A stretch of 64,000 nucleotides of DNA from Octopus sinensis (taxonomy: Eukaryota): the NCBI RefSeq assembly GCF_006345805.1, contig NC_043002.1, forward strand, positions 45,570,001 through 45,634,000, read 5' to 3'. Each line of letters begins with the position of its first letter. Position 1 is the first letter of the stretch. Positions 1 to 12,219 of this stretch are shown piece by piece. The position numbers and the translations under genes are program-made. Under the pieces are notes generated by a model. The model made no database searches, was not told the DNA's origin, and was given only the letters and a program-made list of their open reading frames with translations.

Positions 1-59
1 ATATATGTGGCACATACATGCACACATGCAGACATACAAAACTTACATGTACCTTGATA

Positions 60-1070
60 CAGACTTCTGTGACTGTTTTGGCAGGATTTTTACAGCTGGA
101 TGCCCTTCTTAACACCAACCCCGTATCAGAGTGGACTTAGTGCTTTTTATGTGGCACAAGCACATGCTAGGTCAGTTTTGGCAAAGTTTTTACAGCTAGA
201 TGCCCTTCCGAACACCAACCACTTTACAGTATGGGCTGGGTGCTTTTAAGTTGCATCTGCACTGACAGGGTCACCAAGTACTTGCAAGACAAAAACTTTT
301 AAAAAGGGGAGGAGGCATTGGAGGAGGTGATGATGAAGTGGTTATAGTGAAACAAATACAGGTGTCTTGCTGAAAGTACAAGGTTACCCCGCCAGAGAGA
401 GAAAGATCAGGAATGAAGACAGAAACAGGTGTGCTACCGCAAAGAAAATACACAGTTGCCCAACCTGAGAGACGTGCAGGAGAGAGAGAGAGAGAGAGTG
501 GGAGACTGCAGGATGGAGATGGTGGCAAAATGCTGGGCATACTTACAAGGAACAGGGATCAGAGTATAAATAAGATGGTTGAGTAAAGGAAGAGAGAGAT
601 ATAGATAGTGGCAAGTGCCAGGGCATACCCTTGAGGTTCAAATGCCATAAGTGACAGGATATTGCGAAGAGAGTGCAATTAAAGAGTGCAAGTAAGTGGC
701 AAAAGACCTGGGTATATATAGAGTTGGAGGGGCTACTGGATAGCAATGATACAGAGGAACAGGGGTGTGAGGACAGGATTGGGGAGTGAGAGCTAGGCAT
801 AGTGAATGAAGGAGGAAATGCAAGAAAGAGATGTAAATTGGTTTGTTGGGATAGGGTGAGGGGAAAGTTTTCTTGTTACATGTGGGTGGAACACCCAGGT
901 CGGGGGCTAGCAGAGGCAATAATAGAGTGAGACAAGGCATGTGGGTAGAACACACAGATCAAGGGCAAGCAGAGAGTAATGATACAGTGGCATTGGGTCA
1001 AGAGGATAAGATTGGGGATTAGAAGGTATTCATAGTACATGAAGTGGAAATGTGAGGAAGAGAAACACAC
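60..1070 (-). mobile_element. Decayed RTE-3'-end-type element with purine/pyrimidine-biased body
   Basis: Motifs cagctggatgccctt..acaccaacc occur twice, followed by a GA-rich tract like those at 31600-32050 and 54720-54900. Confidence 0.5.
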
Positions 1071-1122
1071 ACAAATACAAATTACACAGACTACAACAAC
1101 AAAGCATTTTCATACAACTTAC

Positions 1123-1229
1123 TTTTAAATTTCCTTAGAACAAGTCGACGACCATTTAGTTCTTTGTCACGGTATAACTCTAAGGCTTTTCCTGCTTCTT
1201 CATTATTGATACATTTAGCCATTCCATAT
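1123..1229 (-). CDS. Coding exon 4 of minus-strand RRM protein gene (second half of RRM)
   Basis: Acceptor ctttttgctatttag, donor gtaagt. 107 nt, phase 2 to phase 1. Encodes (T)YGMAKCINNEEAGKALELYRDKELNGRRLVLRKFK, which fits RRM beta3-alpha2-beta4 (LNGRRLVL). Phase matches the 2469-2539 exon. Confidence 0.85.
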
Positions 1230-1364
1230 CTAAATAGCAAAAAGAAAAAATTCTAAAAAATGTTCTCGAATTTAAAAAACTGATCACATATGAACCATCA
1301 GTTTGTCAAACCTCTTGCTTCAAACTTGCAAAGACCAAAAATATGAAGGAGGCTTTAGTTTTAA

Positions 1365-1785
1365 TGCATCCATCCATCTTTTCTGCCCACTATTCTTGGG
1401 AGGTTTGTGGAGGAAGAGTTTTCAGGCAACCCCTTTACAGGATCCTATCAGAAGCAACAACAGACTTTCCAGCTGGATCCTCAAGCATGACCAAATGAGA
1501 CTATGGATATTATCCAGCCACCTCCTTCTTGATCTATTCTTAGATCTCTTGCTGGTTGACTCAGCTTGAAGAATCTGTCTTACAATCCTTTCCAGGGACA
1601 TTCTAATCACATGCCCATAGTATGGAGTTATGACCTCTCAATGTGGAGAAGTAGCGGCTCAATCTGGAGAGATTCCAGAGGTCAAGCAGTCTCTTCAGGT
1701 TGAGCAACAAACTCTGTCAAGTAACATTACTCCAGAGATCCTTCAGAGAAACCCCATTTCTGCCACATGTATTATTAATCAAAGA
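1365..1785 (-). mobile_element. RTE (Expander-like) LINE 3' fragment
   Basis: Minus-strand translation ESLQIEPLLLHIERS..MGHVIRMSLERIVRQILQAESTSKRSKNRSRRRWLDNIH is a decayed RTE C-terminus, with a (TGGA)n tail. Confidence 0.75.
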
Positions 1786-2008
1786 GAAAAATAAAAATAA
1801 AAACTCTATGGAAACTATTTTTTCCAATAAGACCATAAATGAAGATAGTAATAAAGTTAAATTCATTTCAGATAATATTGTATTACTTATCAGACATCAT
1901 TGCATTTAAGCAGTTAATAGTTGATATAGTAAGGCAAAAGCAAGTCAATGATGGTTGGCACATTACAGCATGGTTCAAGACAATAAAAACTTGTTATGTG
2001 TATGTTAA

Positions 2009-2227
2009 CCCTTTTAATACCAACCTGCTCAAGACTGCCCTTGCTCTCTGATATAAATTCCCTGTTTTAAAGTTATCTAAATTAAAACTTCCATCAGAAT
2101 TCCTTGTTAATTTATGTTCCAAACACCAATTTGATAATGACATGGTTATTTTACTAAATACGTCATTCTTTTCAAAATTATTTGAAAAAAGGCAGTATAT
2201 TTCAAGAGAAATTTAGCAACGAAAGGG
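2009..2227. mobile_element. piggyBac-like MITE
   Basis: TTAA|CCCTTT...AAAGGG|TTAA ends, 219 bp. Confidence 0.75.
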
Positions 2228-2468
2228 TTAAAATAAGTTTCTCCTATATAATTGCTCAATTATAGTCACTACCCAGTTTACAAAATGAAAATTGAAAACA
2301 GTTCCAGACAGAAAGATAGGATAATTAGGCATAGCGGATCTAAGCCAACTTGAGGTTTAACAGCAATAAAAATCGTGAAATATCTGTGAAATCCAATAGT
2401 TTATCTTTACATCAACTTAACTTGTCTATCAACAAAATTTATCAATATACCTTAAGAAGGTTACTTAC

Positions 2469-2539
2469 GTTTTAATTCCATTGTTAATCAGTTTTAATTC
2501 AACAATTTTCACTTCTGAAAAGAATTTTTCAATTTCTTC
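2469..2539 (-). CDS. Coding exon 3 of minus-strand RRM protein gene
   Basis: Acceptor cttttaaatttcag, donor gtaagt. 71 nt with only one open frame: EEIEKFFSEVKIVELKLINNGIK(T). Confidence 0.85.
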
Positions 2540-2756
2540 CTGAAATTTAAAAGACAAAAAAAGCTTAATTAATCTGTTAATATGATGGATTTGGGGGTTA
2601 TAATTTTAGTTGTTTGAATATCATTTTGTTATATTTTTAACATTCTTTCCATAATTGGAAATTAGTACTTGTTCCCTAGCCTGTAGTTTCAAGGTTTGTA
2701 TCAATTGGAGAGACCTATGTAACTGAGTGTGTTCATAAAATGTATCTATATTATAT

Positions 2757-3140
2757 AGGTATAGGCATGACTGGATGGTTAAGAAGTTTGCTTTTCAACC
2801 ACATAGTTCCAGGTTCAATACCACTGTATGACACTTTCAGTGAGTTTCTTCTATTACAGCTGCTGGGTGGGCAAAGGCTTTTGATAGATTTGGTAGATGG
2901 AAACTGAAAGAAGTCCATTGTGTGTGTCCCTCTTTGTTATGACATAGTGTGGTAGATGTTAATGAGTGTCATTCATTCCGAATGTTCCCCAAAAACATGT
3001 CTGGCCATGAGAAATATTACTTTGCTTGGAAAGAAGTAAGGGTTAGCAACTGGAAGGATATCCAGCCATAGAAAATCTGTTTGAATAAACTCTGTCTCAT
3101 GCAAGCATGGAAAAATGAATGTCAAACTGATGATGATGAC
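2757..3140 (+). mobile_element. tRNA-derived CORE-type SINE with RTE-like 3' tail
   Basis: Same head as family A copies, then a GT tract, then ggaaggatatccagccatagaaa...catgcaagcatggaaaaa...(gat)n tail shared with RTE copies. Confidence 0.7.
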
Positions 3141-5417
3141 ACACATACACACATAAAAAAAAACACAACTTTGGATCCAAAATTTTAAATATTGTAAAAC
3201 CTTTTAAGATGAGGTCTACTGATGCTTCCACACTAGATAAGATGAACTCCCTTTTTACAAGATATAACCAGGACAATGGTGATATTTTGTAATTAAAAAC
3301 AGATCTCAATTTTAACAGACATCAAAAATTATACATTTCTTTCTTGTAAAAAATGTGGCAGGTCAACAGATCAATGAAGTCATTTTATGTGAATTAAATA
3401 CTTCTTTATAGATTATCAAGATCACAAGTAGCATTTGTTGACATTGGATGAACACTATTTTCTTACTCTTTCCTAATTATTTTTCTAAATTTTATTTAGA
3501 ATAGCTGCAACTGAGGCTACAGATTGGAATCTGGACTTCACAGTCATTCCAGAAGCTGTTCTTCAGCCACCTCTACAAGTGCTTTTCTAACTTCACAAGA
3601 TTGACAGATACCATCTCTCTCCACACCCCATGTTAGCTTGTCTGTTTGTATATATATAGGATTACATTTTTCAAAGTGTCCTTTCCTAATTTGAGATGAG
3701 GGGACATGTTTTGAGGGAAATTTGGCTACTATTTTTCACAGGTTGAGTAACACTTGTGTGTTTATTGATAAGTGTTTGGTGAAGAAATTTTCATTAGCTG
3801 CAATGTCTGTTCTCCAATCTATTTAAATATATAGATTTCAGGCAAATTTCAAAAATCTATAAAAAACGGTGTAAAACTGTATAAAGACAAAATGATCTAT
3901 TATATTTTGACTTACATTTTAATTTGGAATGAATTTGTTTTCTATCAATATCATCATCATCTCATCGTTTAACATAATTCATTCAGTATACTTTAATGAA
4001 ATATTCTTATTTAAGGGCAGTAAATATATATGACTACCTAAATTATAATGTCACTTGCAGATAGTCAGAATTAAGTTAATTAAGATAGTCAAATAGTCAA
4101 TTAAGAGAGAATTAAACTTAAAGATTTAAAGATCCCTATTTCGATCTTGACTTTTGGCATGATGACATTTTATTTCGTTCTGGAAATTGTAAATAATCAA
4201 AATCTCTGTAGTTTAAAGTGTGGTGGAAAGGCAAGTTTTATAGTCACCCATTACACATTGACACATAATCATCATTTTACATCCATTTTCTGCAAGAGCT
4301 AGACTAGTCATTTGGGGTGGGGTGGGGAGCCACTACTCTCATAGACTGGTGCTTATATATCATTTTGGTTTGGTTTCAATGGCTGGATAGCCTCGCTATT
4401 GCAAACCATTTGACAGAGTATTCTGGGTGCATTTTCTGAAGGCACTTGCACTAAAGAGGTTTGATAAGTCCTTAGTGAGACAGGACTCAAGGGACCTCAC
4501 AAGCCTACATTTTCTCAGTTTATTTGCCATCCACTTGTGTACTGGGTGAAAATGATATAAAAACAAATAACAAACAAAATGATACTGCCTTACAAAAAAA
4601 TAGAAGCACATGTTTTTATCCAATATTTCTCATCTAAAATTTATTAAAAAAAACACTTATCTTAATGAGTGATAGAGATGAATGTCAAGGTTAATACAAG
4701 CAGGAACTGAGCTCATAATACAATGAACCTTTCAAGGTTTAAAAAATAAAATGCTAGCTGCACCTTCTCCTAAAATCTGTGGCACTGAGCCAGATTTTGG
4801 AAGAGGGTGTCAGAACTAATGTAAGGAAAAGAAACTAAAAATATTAAAAGCATTTAATCTGGCACTGAACCATTTTTAAGAACTTGCTAACTCAAGTACC
4901 AGTAATATACTACAATTGATTCTATTGATTTTTCCTTCCACTCCTAACAAAAACTGACTTTGTATTTAGTCAAAAGAAACCAATATTTTACAAATTAGCT
5001 CATTCAGAAGAATTGACATATTTTCCCCCAACACTTCTTTTACTTCAAACATTCTTTGATGAATATGAGAAAGAAATCTGATATGTTATACAATGATAGC
5101 TTGTTTTTGTGCAGTTGACTTATTGACAAAATGTGGCTTAGATAAACTCATTCAACTCACAGATAAATGTAAAAGAGAAAAAGATGGCAACATTAATCTG
5201 TGAGTGAAGTGATTTAACAAAAAGTACTTTACTAAAAATTATTGACTCAACGCATCAAATAAACAATTCAATAATTACTAACAGTATCAAAACTTTGCAA
5301 AAGACATCAAACCTATAGGGTGAAAAAAATATTAAAATATTAAAGAAAAAAAAGACTTAAAATACCAAATGATTAAAATCCTAAAGATGTAAAACTGAAA
5401 AATACATTTACACTTAC

Positions 5418-5458
5418 TTGTGATATATTTGTTGGAATATTACCAATGTAGATTATAT
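5418..5458 (-). CDS. Coding exon 2 of minus-strand RRM protein gene (RNP2 motif)
   Basis: Acceptor gtctttgtag, donor gtaagt. 41 nt encoding (D)IIYIGNIPTNISQ; IYIGNI is an RNP2 motif. Phases match both neighbouring exons. Confidence 0.85.
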
Positions 5459-5590
5459 CTACAAAGACAAAAAAAATTACATTAATAATAATAATAATAG
5501 TAATAAATAAAATCAACAGAAAGCCTATTAGATATGAAGAAAAATCCAATTGATAAACACATTCAATAGAAATCAATATTATCAATTTAC

Positions 5591-5645
5591 CTATTTTGCC
5601 TTCTTCTCCAGCTGTTAAAGCTCTGTAATGTATATCAGCACTCAT
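5591..5645 (-). CDS. Probable first coding segment of minus-strand RRM gene (exon 5591-5667)
   Basis: Acceptor ttctttcatcattgtag at 5668, donor gtaaat at 5590. aacATGagt gives MSADIHYRALTAGEEGKI. The frame is also open upstream of the ATG, so the start codon is tentative. Confidence 0.7.
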
Positions 5646-6213
5646 GTTGAAATTACTGTCAGCAATACTACAATGATGAAAGAAAACAAAAAAAAAATGT
5701 TTGAATATACCAAAAACACTTGGGTTAGTTTAAAAGCTCGTAAACAAAACAAGTAAAAGTTTGTATTAATGCATTTGGTAAGTAAAAATTCCACCATTCA
5801 TTGGGTAACTGGAACCATGAGGATTATTCGAGAAAGGATACACTGAAGTGGTTTCCTGTTGCTTTTTCCTTATCCATGGGAAGAAAAGATTTCAACATCA
5901 GAAGCTCACAAATTACTCATCAATTATACAATATACCCACCACTGCTATTGATCCTATGCAAAGCTGCTGGAACTAGACCATTAATAGTTAAGTACTTCT
6001 GCCAAGGACAGAGCGCAGAGTCAATGATGGAATAGTCTGTCTAATTAATAGACCAGCATCCCTTATTGATTCAGCCAGTGGTAATTTTCAAAGCACTTGG
6101 GTATGAAATTTGTACTAGAAAATATTGTAAACTTGATGTTAATTATTACGGTGAACACTACAAAGATATAATAGAATTTTGTTCTCTTTCAACAATCACA
6201 TGCTGTACGTTAA

Positions 6214-6424
6214 ACCTTTAGCATTTAAACCAATCATATCTGACCCAAATATTCTACACGTTTTAAGTTCAAAACCAGCCAGAACTGACCTTTCCCACCT
6301 CCTTTTCAAAGTAATTCTAAAAATAAACAATCACATCATCGAAATCTCAAAGTTGCAATATAGTGCATGATTAGTTGAAAACAATGTGAATAAATAAGCA
6401 TTGCATAATGTGAATGCCAAAGGG
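6214..6424. mobile_element. piggyBac-like MITE
   Basis: ttaa-acctttagcatt...gaatgccaaaggg-ttaa; the reverse complement matches 11999-12219. Confidence 0.7.
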
Positions 6425-6614
6425 TTAAACGGTCAAGACCTTAACACTTAATGTATGTAGTTTATGTCACCTTTTATAATAATGCTCAGCTCCTGTATAC
6501 AATACTGTAAATAAATTTACAAAATCGATTTAAACTAAAGAAATCTATTTGAAAAACCTACAATGGAAAGTGACCAAATAAACACTAAGTGTTGAACTAG
6601 TGTTGGTAAAAGTA

Positions 6615-6946
6615 AGAAATTACCCTTTTTGGTCATGACTGACCATGGGATTGCACTTAGAAAGTTCCTCTGCAAGGGACAAGTCCAGGCAAGGCTGTTT
6701 ATGGAAGATTGGCAGTTGTCCATGCATACTAGCCTCCCCTCTCCATGCCACCAATGTTACCCAAGGGAAAAACAAAAGCCAATACAGCTTGGCACCAGTG
6801 ATGTCGCAACTCATTTCTACAGCTAAGTGAACTGGAACGACATGAAATAAAGTGTCTTGCTCAAGAACACAACACACAGCCTGGTTTGGGAACTAAGCTC
6901 ACTACCTCATGATTGTGAGCCCAATGCTCTAACCACTGAGCCACTC
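6615..6946 (-). mobile_element. tRNA-derived SINE, family B
   Basis: Minus strand begins agtggctcagtggttagagcattgggctcacaatc (A box) and contains gtgttgtgttcttgagcaagacact (CORE-like). Confidence 0.7.
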
Positions 6947-7469
6947 TTTAAAAGAAGGTGAAAAAAAAGAAAGCAAAATAGCTGAATAGGCTGCAAATAA
7001 GGAATCTATAATACTGCTCTAAATCAAAGTAAAATATCTTGGAACTGGTTATAAAACGCATAATTAAATACTATATATGAGAAAACTAAAGTGTTACCCA
7101 TCATATGATGGATTCAATTAGGAAGTATACTTTTGCCGCTATGGGTAATATCAGGAAATATGATATAAATTTCTATCAAATTCCTTGGCACTTATACAAA
7201 GTGATGAAATGTATATTAATTTTCAAAAGCAAAAATATTTATTACCTTAAAATTAATTTATATGTGTGGTACATGCATGAAACAACCACTCAGAAGATCT
7301 CCACTCAGTTGGATTAATGACATAAAGAGAATGAGACTGCAATGGAGGAGGGCAAGATCAAGAATAGAACGGATGAAATATTGTGGTCAGTAGATTGAAA
7401 GCAACATCCGACCAGTCAAGTTGATGTATTTGTCTGTATATGTACATGCCTAGTTGTGTGTGTGTCTGC

Positions 7470-7645
7470 TTGCTTTTGATATCATGTGACAGTTGCAAGT
7501 AAGTGTCATGGTCACAGGGAAATATTACCTTGCTGGGAAATAAAGGATGGTGACAGGAAGGGCATCCAGCTATAGAAAAACTGCCTCAACAAATTCCATC
7601 TGACCCATGCAAGTATGGAAAAGTGGACATTAAAACAATGATGAT
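7470..7645 (+). mobile_element. SINE 3' half with RTE-like tail
   Basis: ggaagggcatccagctatagaaa...gacccatgcaagtatggaaaagtggacattaaaacaatgatgatg; homologous to 2940-3140. Confidence 0.65.
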
Positions 7646-8477
7646 GTGTGTATGTGTGCGTGTGAGCATGTATATGTTTATATATGTGTGTGAGCCTATT
7701 TTACACACATTTACACACATTTTTTAGTGTATCTGTCACTTAACCTAATAAAAACTTATTTGTTTTATAACATTTTTATTTGTTTGTTCATCTCTATAAA
7801 ACTTTGTTTTATGGAGAGAAATATAAAACATTGCTTTACACGTCAAACTGTTTAAATACCTTTGCAATTGACTGTTCACATTTTATTACACATTTTCACT
7901 GTTCTTCAAATAAATTTTCTCATATAATACATTTTCATTTCTTCTATAATACACTTATAATTGACTTCTTCCCCTCCTCTCTCTGCCTCTACCTATCACC
8001 ATTTCACCCTACTCTTTTTTCCCTCTCTCCTTTTTACTCCCTCTAATTTGTTTTATAATCCTTATTTCTATTATATTTTTTGTTTTATTATAACTGTTGT
8101 GCTTTCATTCTTGTCTTTCTTTCTCTAACTACCCTGTCATTTACTCCACCTCTTCCTCCTACTCTCCAAGATTCTATATCTCTTACTCTGTGTGTGTGTG
8201 CGTGTGTGTGTGCATTCTTTACTCATTGCCTGCCACCAAGTATGTGCACTCATCCTCCAATGTTAACTCTCTCTGCATCTCTCTTTTCCTCTCTCTTCCC
8301 TTCTCTCTATACAGTATAAAGGACAACTAGAGAAATCATCCAACCAACCACCCACCCAGCATTTATATTGGCTATTATTATATAATAACAGTAGCCTGGA
8401 GAACACAACTTAGCCATTCAGAAACACACAAAGACTACTGGTAAATTCCTCTTCAAAGTGCAGGGTTTTTTTTATTT

Positions 8478-8856
8478 TTTACTTATTTCAGTCATTGGAC
8501 TGCAGTCATGCTGGGGCACTGCCTTGCAGGGTTCAGTCAAATTAACTCCGGTACTTATTTTTTAAAGTCTGTTTTATTCTATTGGTCTCTTTTGCTAAAC
8601 TGCTAAGTTACAGGAACACAAAGACACACACACATACAGATAGATACATATATACATACATACATACATGGCAGGATGTAGCATGTTTGTGTGTATACAT
8701 ATGATACATATGTATAGTGGACTTCCACAGAGTTTCCATCCATTAAATTCACTCATAAAGCACTGGTCAGCTCAGGGCTGTAGTAGAAGACATTTGCCTA
8801 AGATGCTGCACAATGGGACAGAACTTGAAACCATATGGTTGCAAAGCAAGTTTCTA
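8478..8856 (-). mobile_element. CORE-type SINE, family A (octopus OR-like), decayed
   Basis: Aligns by eye to the near-consensus copies at 29626 and 30454. Confidence 0.75.
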
Positions 8857-9204
8857 AAGGCCTTTTCTTTTTGTTTTAAATAGAAGGCCAGCAGTTCCTA
8901 GGCATGCAGCTTACTCTTCTCCTATCTCTTTTCTATCACCTCACTCACTCGCTCTCTCTCTTTTCCTTTTTATTCCCACTATAATTTTCATACTTTACCA
9001 TACTATTCTAAACTCTTGCACTTTCATTCCTCTCCCTTTCTCTAACTACTCTGTCACTGACTCCCCCACCTCCTCCGTGATGCTATCTCCCAAAGTGAAA
9101 GGCATGGCAAGAACCAATACAGTTTGACACAGATATCATCACAAGCAAAGAGCCACAACAAATAACACCAAATAACACCTTGTACAAAGCTATAATAATT
9201 TTCT

Positions 9205-9385
9205 TAATCCATTGCCCAGGACTGGTACTTCATTTATTGATCCCCCCCCCACCACCACCACCACCCAGGATAAAAGTCAAACTTAGCAGAGTTCAAATCC
9301 TCTGAACTCAGATCATAGAGCTGGAAGAAATGCTGTAAAAATTTCTAACGCATCGTACTCCAACAACTCTGCCAGTTTGTCACTA
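9205..9385 (-). mobile_element. Nin-domain-like SINE, decayed
   Basis: Reverse-complement similarity to 45628-45840. Confidence 0.5.
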
Positions 9386-9884
9386 TTAGTTTTCCTATAT
9401 GCACAGCCATTTAAAAAGACTAACTTAAAAACTTACGTCTGTCACAAGCCCTAGGATTTATGAGGTTGAAACTGATACTTTATTTGACACGTGAGGAGAA
9501 ATCATGTCTGGAAACTTTGTGACATACTTAGATTGATGAATAAAATCGATAATAGGGCCCTTCTAATGGATCCTTCTATCTACTACATATTACTCCTATT
9601 TTAGTTAAACAACTCAAGGGAAATAATCCGTACCACCTGCAGATTTTAGGGAAGCAATCAATATTTGATTCTTATGATCAGCCAACCTAATTCAGCATTT
9701 CACTACTCACAGTTTTGAACTGCTAAACATTATTATTGCACTTCCTTAATTTGAATCTTAAACATTAAAAACTTCATTCATACATTTCTTTACATACATC
9801 TTTTTTGAATGCCCATTACTCCAATAATTCTGCATTTTTACAGTTACCCTTTTTCCATGACAGTAGATAAATTTTTATTCTACA

Positions 9885-10110
9885 ACGTATTTGTAGTGGC
9901 ATCATGCAGACATAGTGTGGATTCGATCCTCAATTGCCAAATTTCACTTAACACTTCAACAGCACTTTTCTCACGGTAAAACAATAATTTTTCTATGAAT
10001 GACAGCAGTTATACATTTGCCAGATGCCTTCACTAAGCAGAATAATGTCTTTGCCTCTCGCCAACCTCCAACAATTTCTCTCTCCTCCAGTTGACAGTTT
10101 TTTGTACTTT
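9885..10110 (+). mobile_element. tRNA-like SINE, family E
   Basis: B-box-like ggattcgatcctc. About 200 bp matches the reverse complement of 44745-44935. Confidence 0.6.
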
Positions 10111-11249
10111 TTCGTGACGGAAAATACACCTTTTGTAGAAGTTATAACGAAATTGCTTTCTTATATCAGAGTAATAAGGCATTTCAATAGAACATCTTTA
10201 CCCCACCCCCACCCCTGGGAAATACCAGGTACACCAGCTAGTACATACATAAATACAAAGTTATACAGCAGATTCCTTAAGGAAAATATCAGTTAAAATA
10301 TTCTTAGAAAATTTAGGCTATTTTTATTATTCATTAGTCAAAAACTTCAAGTGTTGGCACTTACAACAATCGATGTCTACAAGCATAGCTAATTATGTTA
10401 TTCACTCATATAGACAAAAGGCTATGAAAATGTAATCAATATATAATGTAAATATACACCTATGTTACAAACTTGCTTACTGCATTCTTCCCAATGTCAA
10501 AATATTAAAAGTGCCAATGAAGGAGCTTCCATATTGTCATCTGGCATACTAGCAATCACTGCCAAATCTCCCTCAAACTGTACCTTAAAAACTTAAAGGA
10601 AAAACATACTGAATAAAACAGTTTAAAGTACACTATGTTTGGGGGGAAATGGGATGGTCTAGACTCAAATCTGGGTTAAACAATATTAAGAGTGTGTCTT
10701 ATCCACATTCTCACCTATAGCAAAACACTTTCTCTTCATTTTAAAACATTTTTTTAAATATGTGAATCTAGTTACATCTATTATTTAAAAATATGACTGC
10801 AATTTTAATAACTCTCCATCTAAGATCTGTTATAACTTTTAATTCATAAATATTTTAAATGATAAAAGTATATGAGATAGGATTTTTTAAAATGATAAAA
10901 AAAAAAGGCACAGGTGACTGAAGTAGTACCTATAGATAGAAAGTTGAGCAGAGATAGAAAGTTGAGCAGAAGTGTTCATAAAATCTAATGCAGTGGTTCT
11001 CAACTGAGGGCCATATATGATTTTGTGGGGTCCACACAAGCAAAATAGCAAATTGGGGACCCACAGTAGTATATGAAGTGTTCGTGAAAAAGTTTTGATT
11101 TAGACATATTTATTGAGAAGAAACTGGTTTCTTTTTTTAACATTTTACATAGTTCAACATACACAAGTTAATGTATGAATAACAAAATTCTTTGTCTAAT
11201 ATCTTATTTCTTTGTTTACTATTTCATTGAAGCAAGACATTATATTACT

Positions 11250-11720
11250 CAAATATGGAGAATCTTGCCTCTCATAATATAAACATATTTCATGGTACCA
11301 GCAGACAAAATGGAAAAGCATTGCCCCAAATGATAGTGAAACAGCCACTCTGACTCACAGGGCTCGCACTTGCAGACAGCAATCTGTCTCGATAGTGGTG
11401 AGCAGGGATATGCTCTAGAGACCAAAAACACCAGAGGTCTCAAGTGCCATAGGATTAAACATTAACCTGTCAGAGGGCAACTGAAATCTTGAGTTTTTTT
11501 TTTCTTTCTCAGTTTGACGAGCAGCAGAGCCTGGGCTGGTGGATGACCATGCTAAGTTGCCACTGGAGAAGGTATCACAGCATTGGGCATCCTAGACGAG
11601 AGGCCTGCTGCCTTGGAACGGGAAAATTATACCATCCGGCCTTCTACTGTCCCCTCAGTCTAGTCATGCTTTATGATCTTAAGAGTAGCATGGCGTAGAA
11701 GGCAGCCAGCATTATGACAG
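11250..11720 (-). mobile_element. Probable RTE 5' UTR plus start of APE endonuclease, nested in the hAT element
   Basis: GC-rich structured leader, then ggc act tga gac ctc tgg (decayed GTWNV-like) and DRLLSAS...FTII resembling RTE APE. Confidence 0.4.
11571..11706 (-). ncRNA. Candidate decayed HDV-like ribozyme
   Basis: Order on the minus strand: P1 gctgcctt, hairpin insert, P2 ggtat, L3 ttcccgt, P1' aaggcagc, agg, P4-like hairpin, CCAA, P2' atacc. The P3 5' strand is missing. Confidence 0.3.
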
Positions 11721-11998
11721 CTTGACAGTGGGTGGAGGCCAGTGGAGGTCCACCAAAATAAATAGTAATCAAAGGTGTCCATTGATAAAAAATGGTTGAG
11801 AACCCCTGATTTAACGTCAATTTGTAACGAGCTTCTTTACCCACCCATACCACTTCTCTTTATTCACCTTCCTATAAGTTAAAGGTATGCCCTAACACAT
11901 CTTCACAACCATCCTCCTTCACTTCTTCACTTCCAACTGGGATAACAATGTATCTCTCCCAAAAAGACACTTGTTCTTGTCCCCTAATCATTCTTTAA

Positions 11999-12219
11999 CC
12001 CTTTAGTATTCAGATTACTCAGTCATATGCAATGCTTATTTACTCACATTATTTTGAATTAATCATACATTATTTCATAGCTATGAGATTTCAATGATGT
12101 GACATTTTATTTTTTAGTATGACTTTACAGGGTAAGTGTGAGGAGTCAGATTTGGCCAGTTTGGACATAAAATAGGCATAATATTTGGGCCAGATATAAC
12201 TGGTTTAAATGCTAAAGGG
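11999..12219. mobile_element. piggyBac-like MITE
   Basis: TTAA|CCCTTTAG...CTAAAGGG|TTAA. Confidence 0.8.

Larger units (their letters stand above)
10991..11808. mobile_element. Non-autonomous hAT (Charlie-like) element
   Basis: TIRs CAGTGGTTCTCAAC / GTTGAGAACCCCTG; flanking 8-mers atctaatg and atttaacg are 6/8 identical, consistent with a decayed 8-bp TSD. Confidence 0.6.

Noticed and set aside
2270-2384. In-frame alternative acceptor (tttcacag) giving TYFTIFIAVKPQ...*
   Set aside because: The 1123-1229 exon completes the RRM far better; there is no evidence this site is used.
6900-6946. tRNA genes at SINE heads (also 28520, 30790)
   Set aside because: They continue directly into SINE bodies and lack complete cloverleaves.
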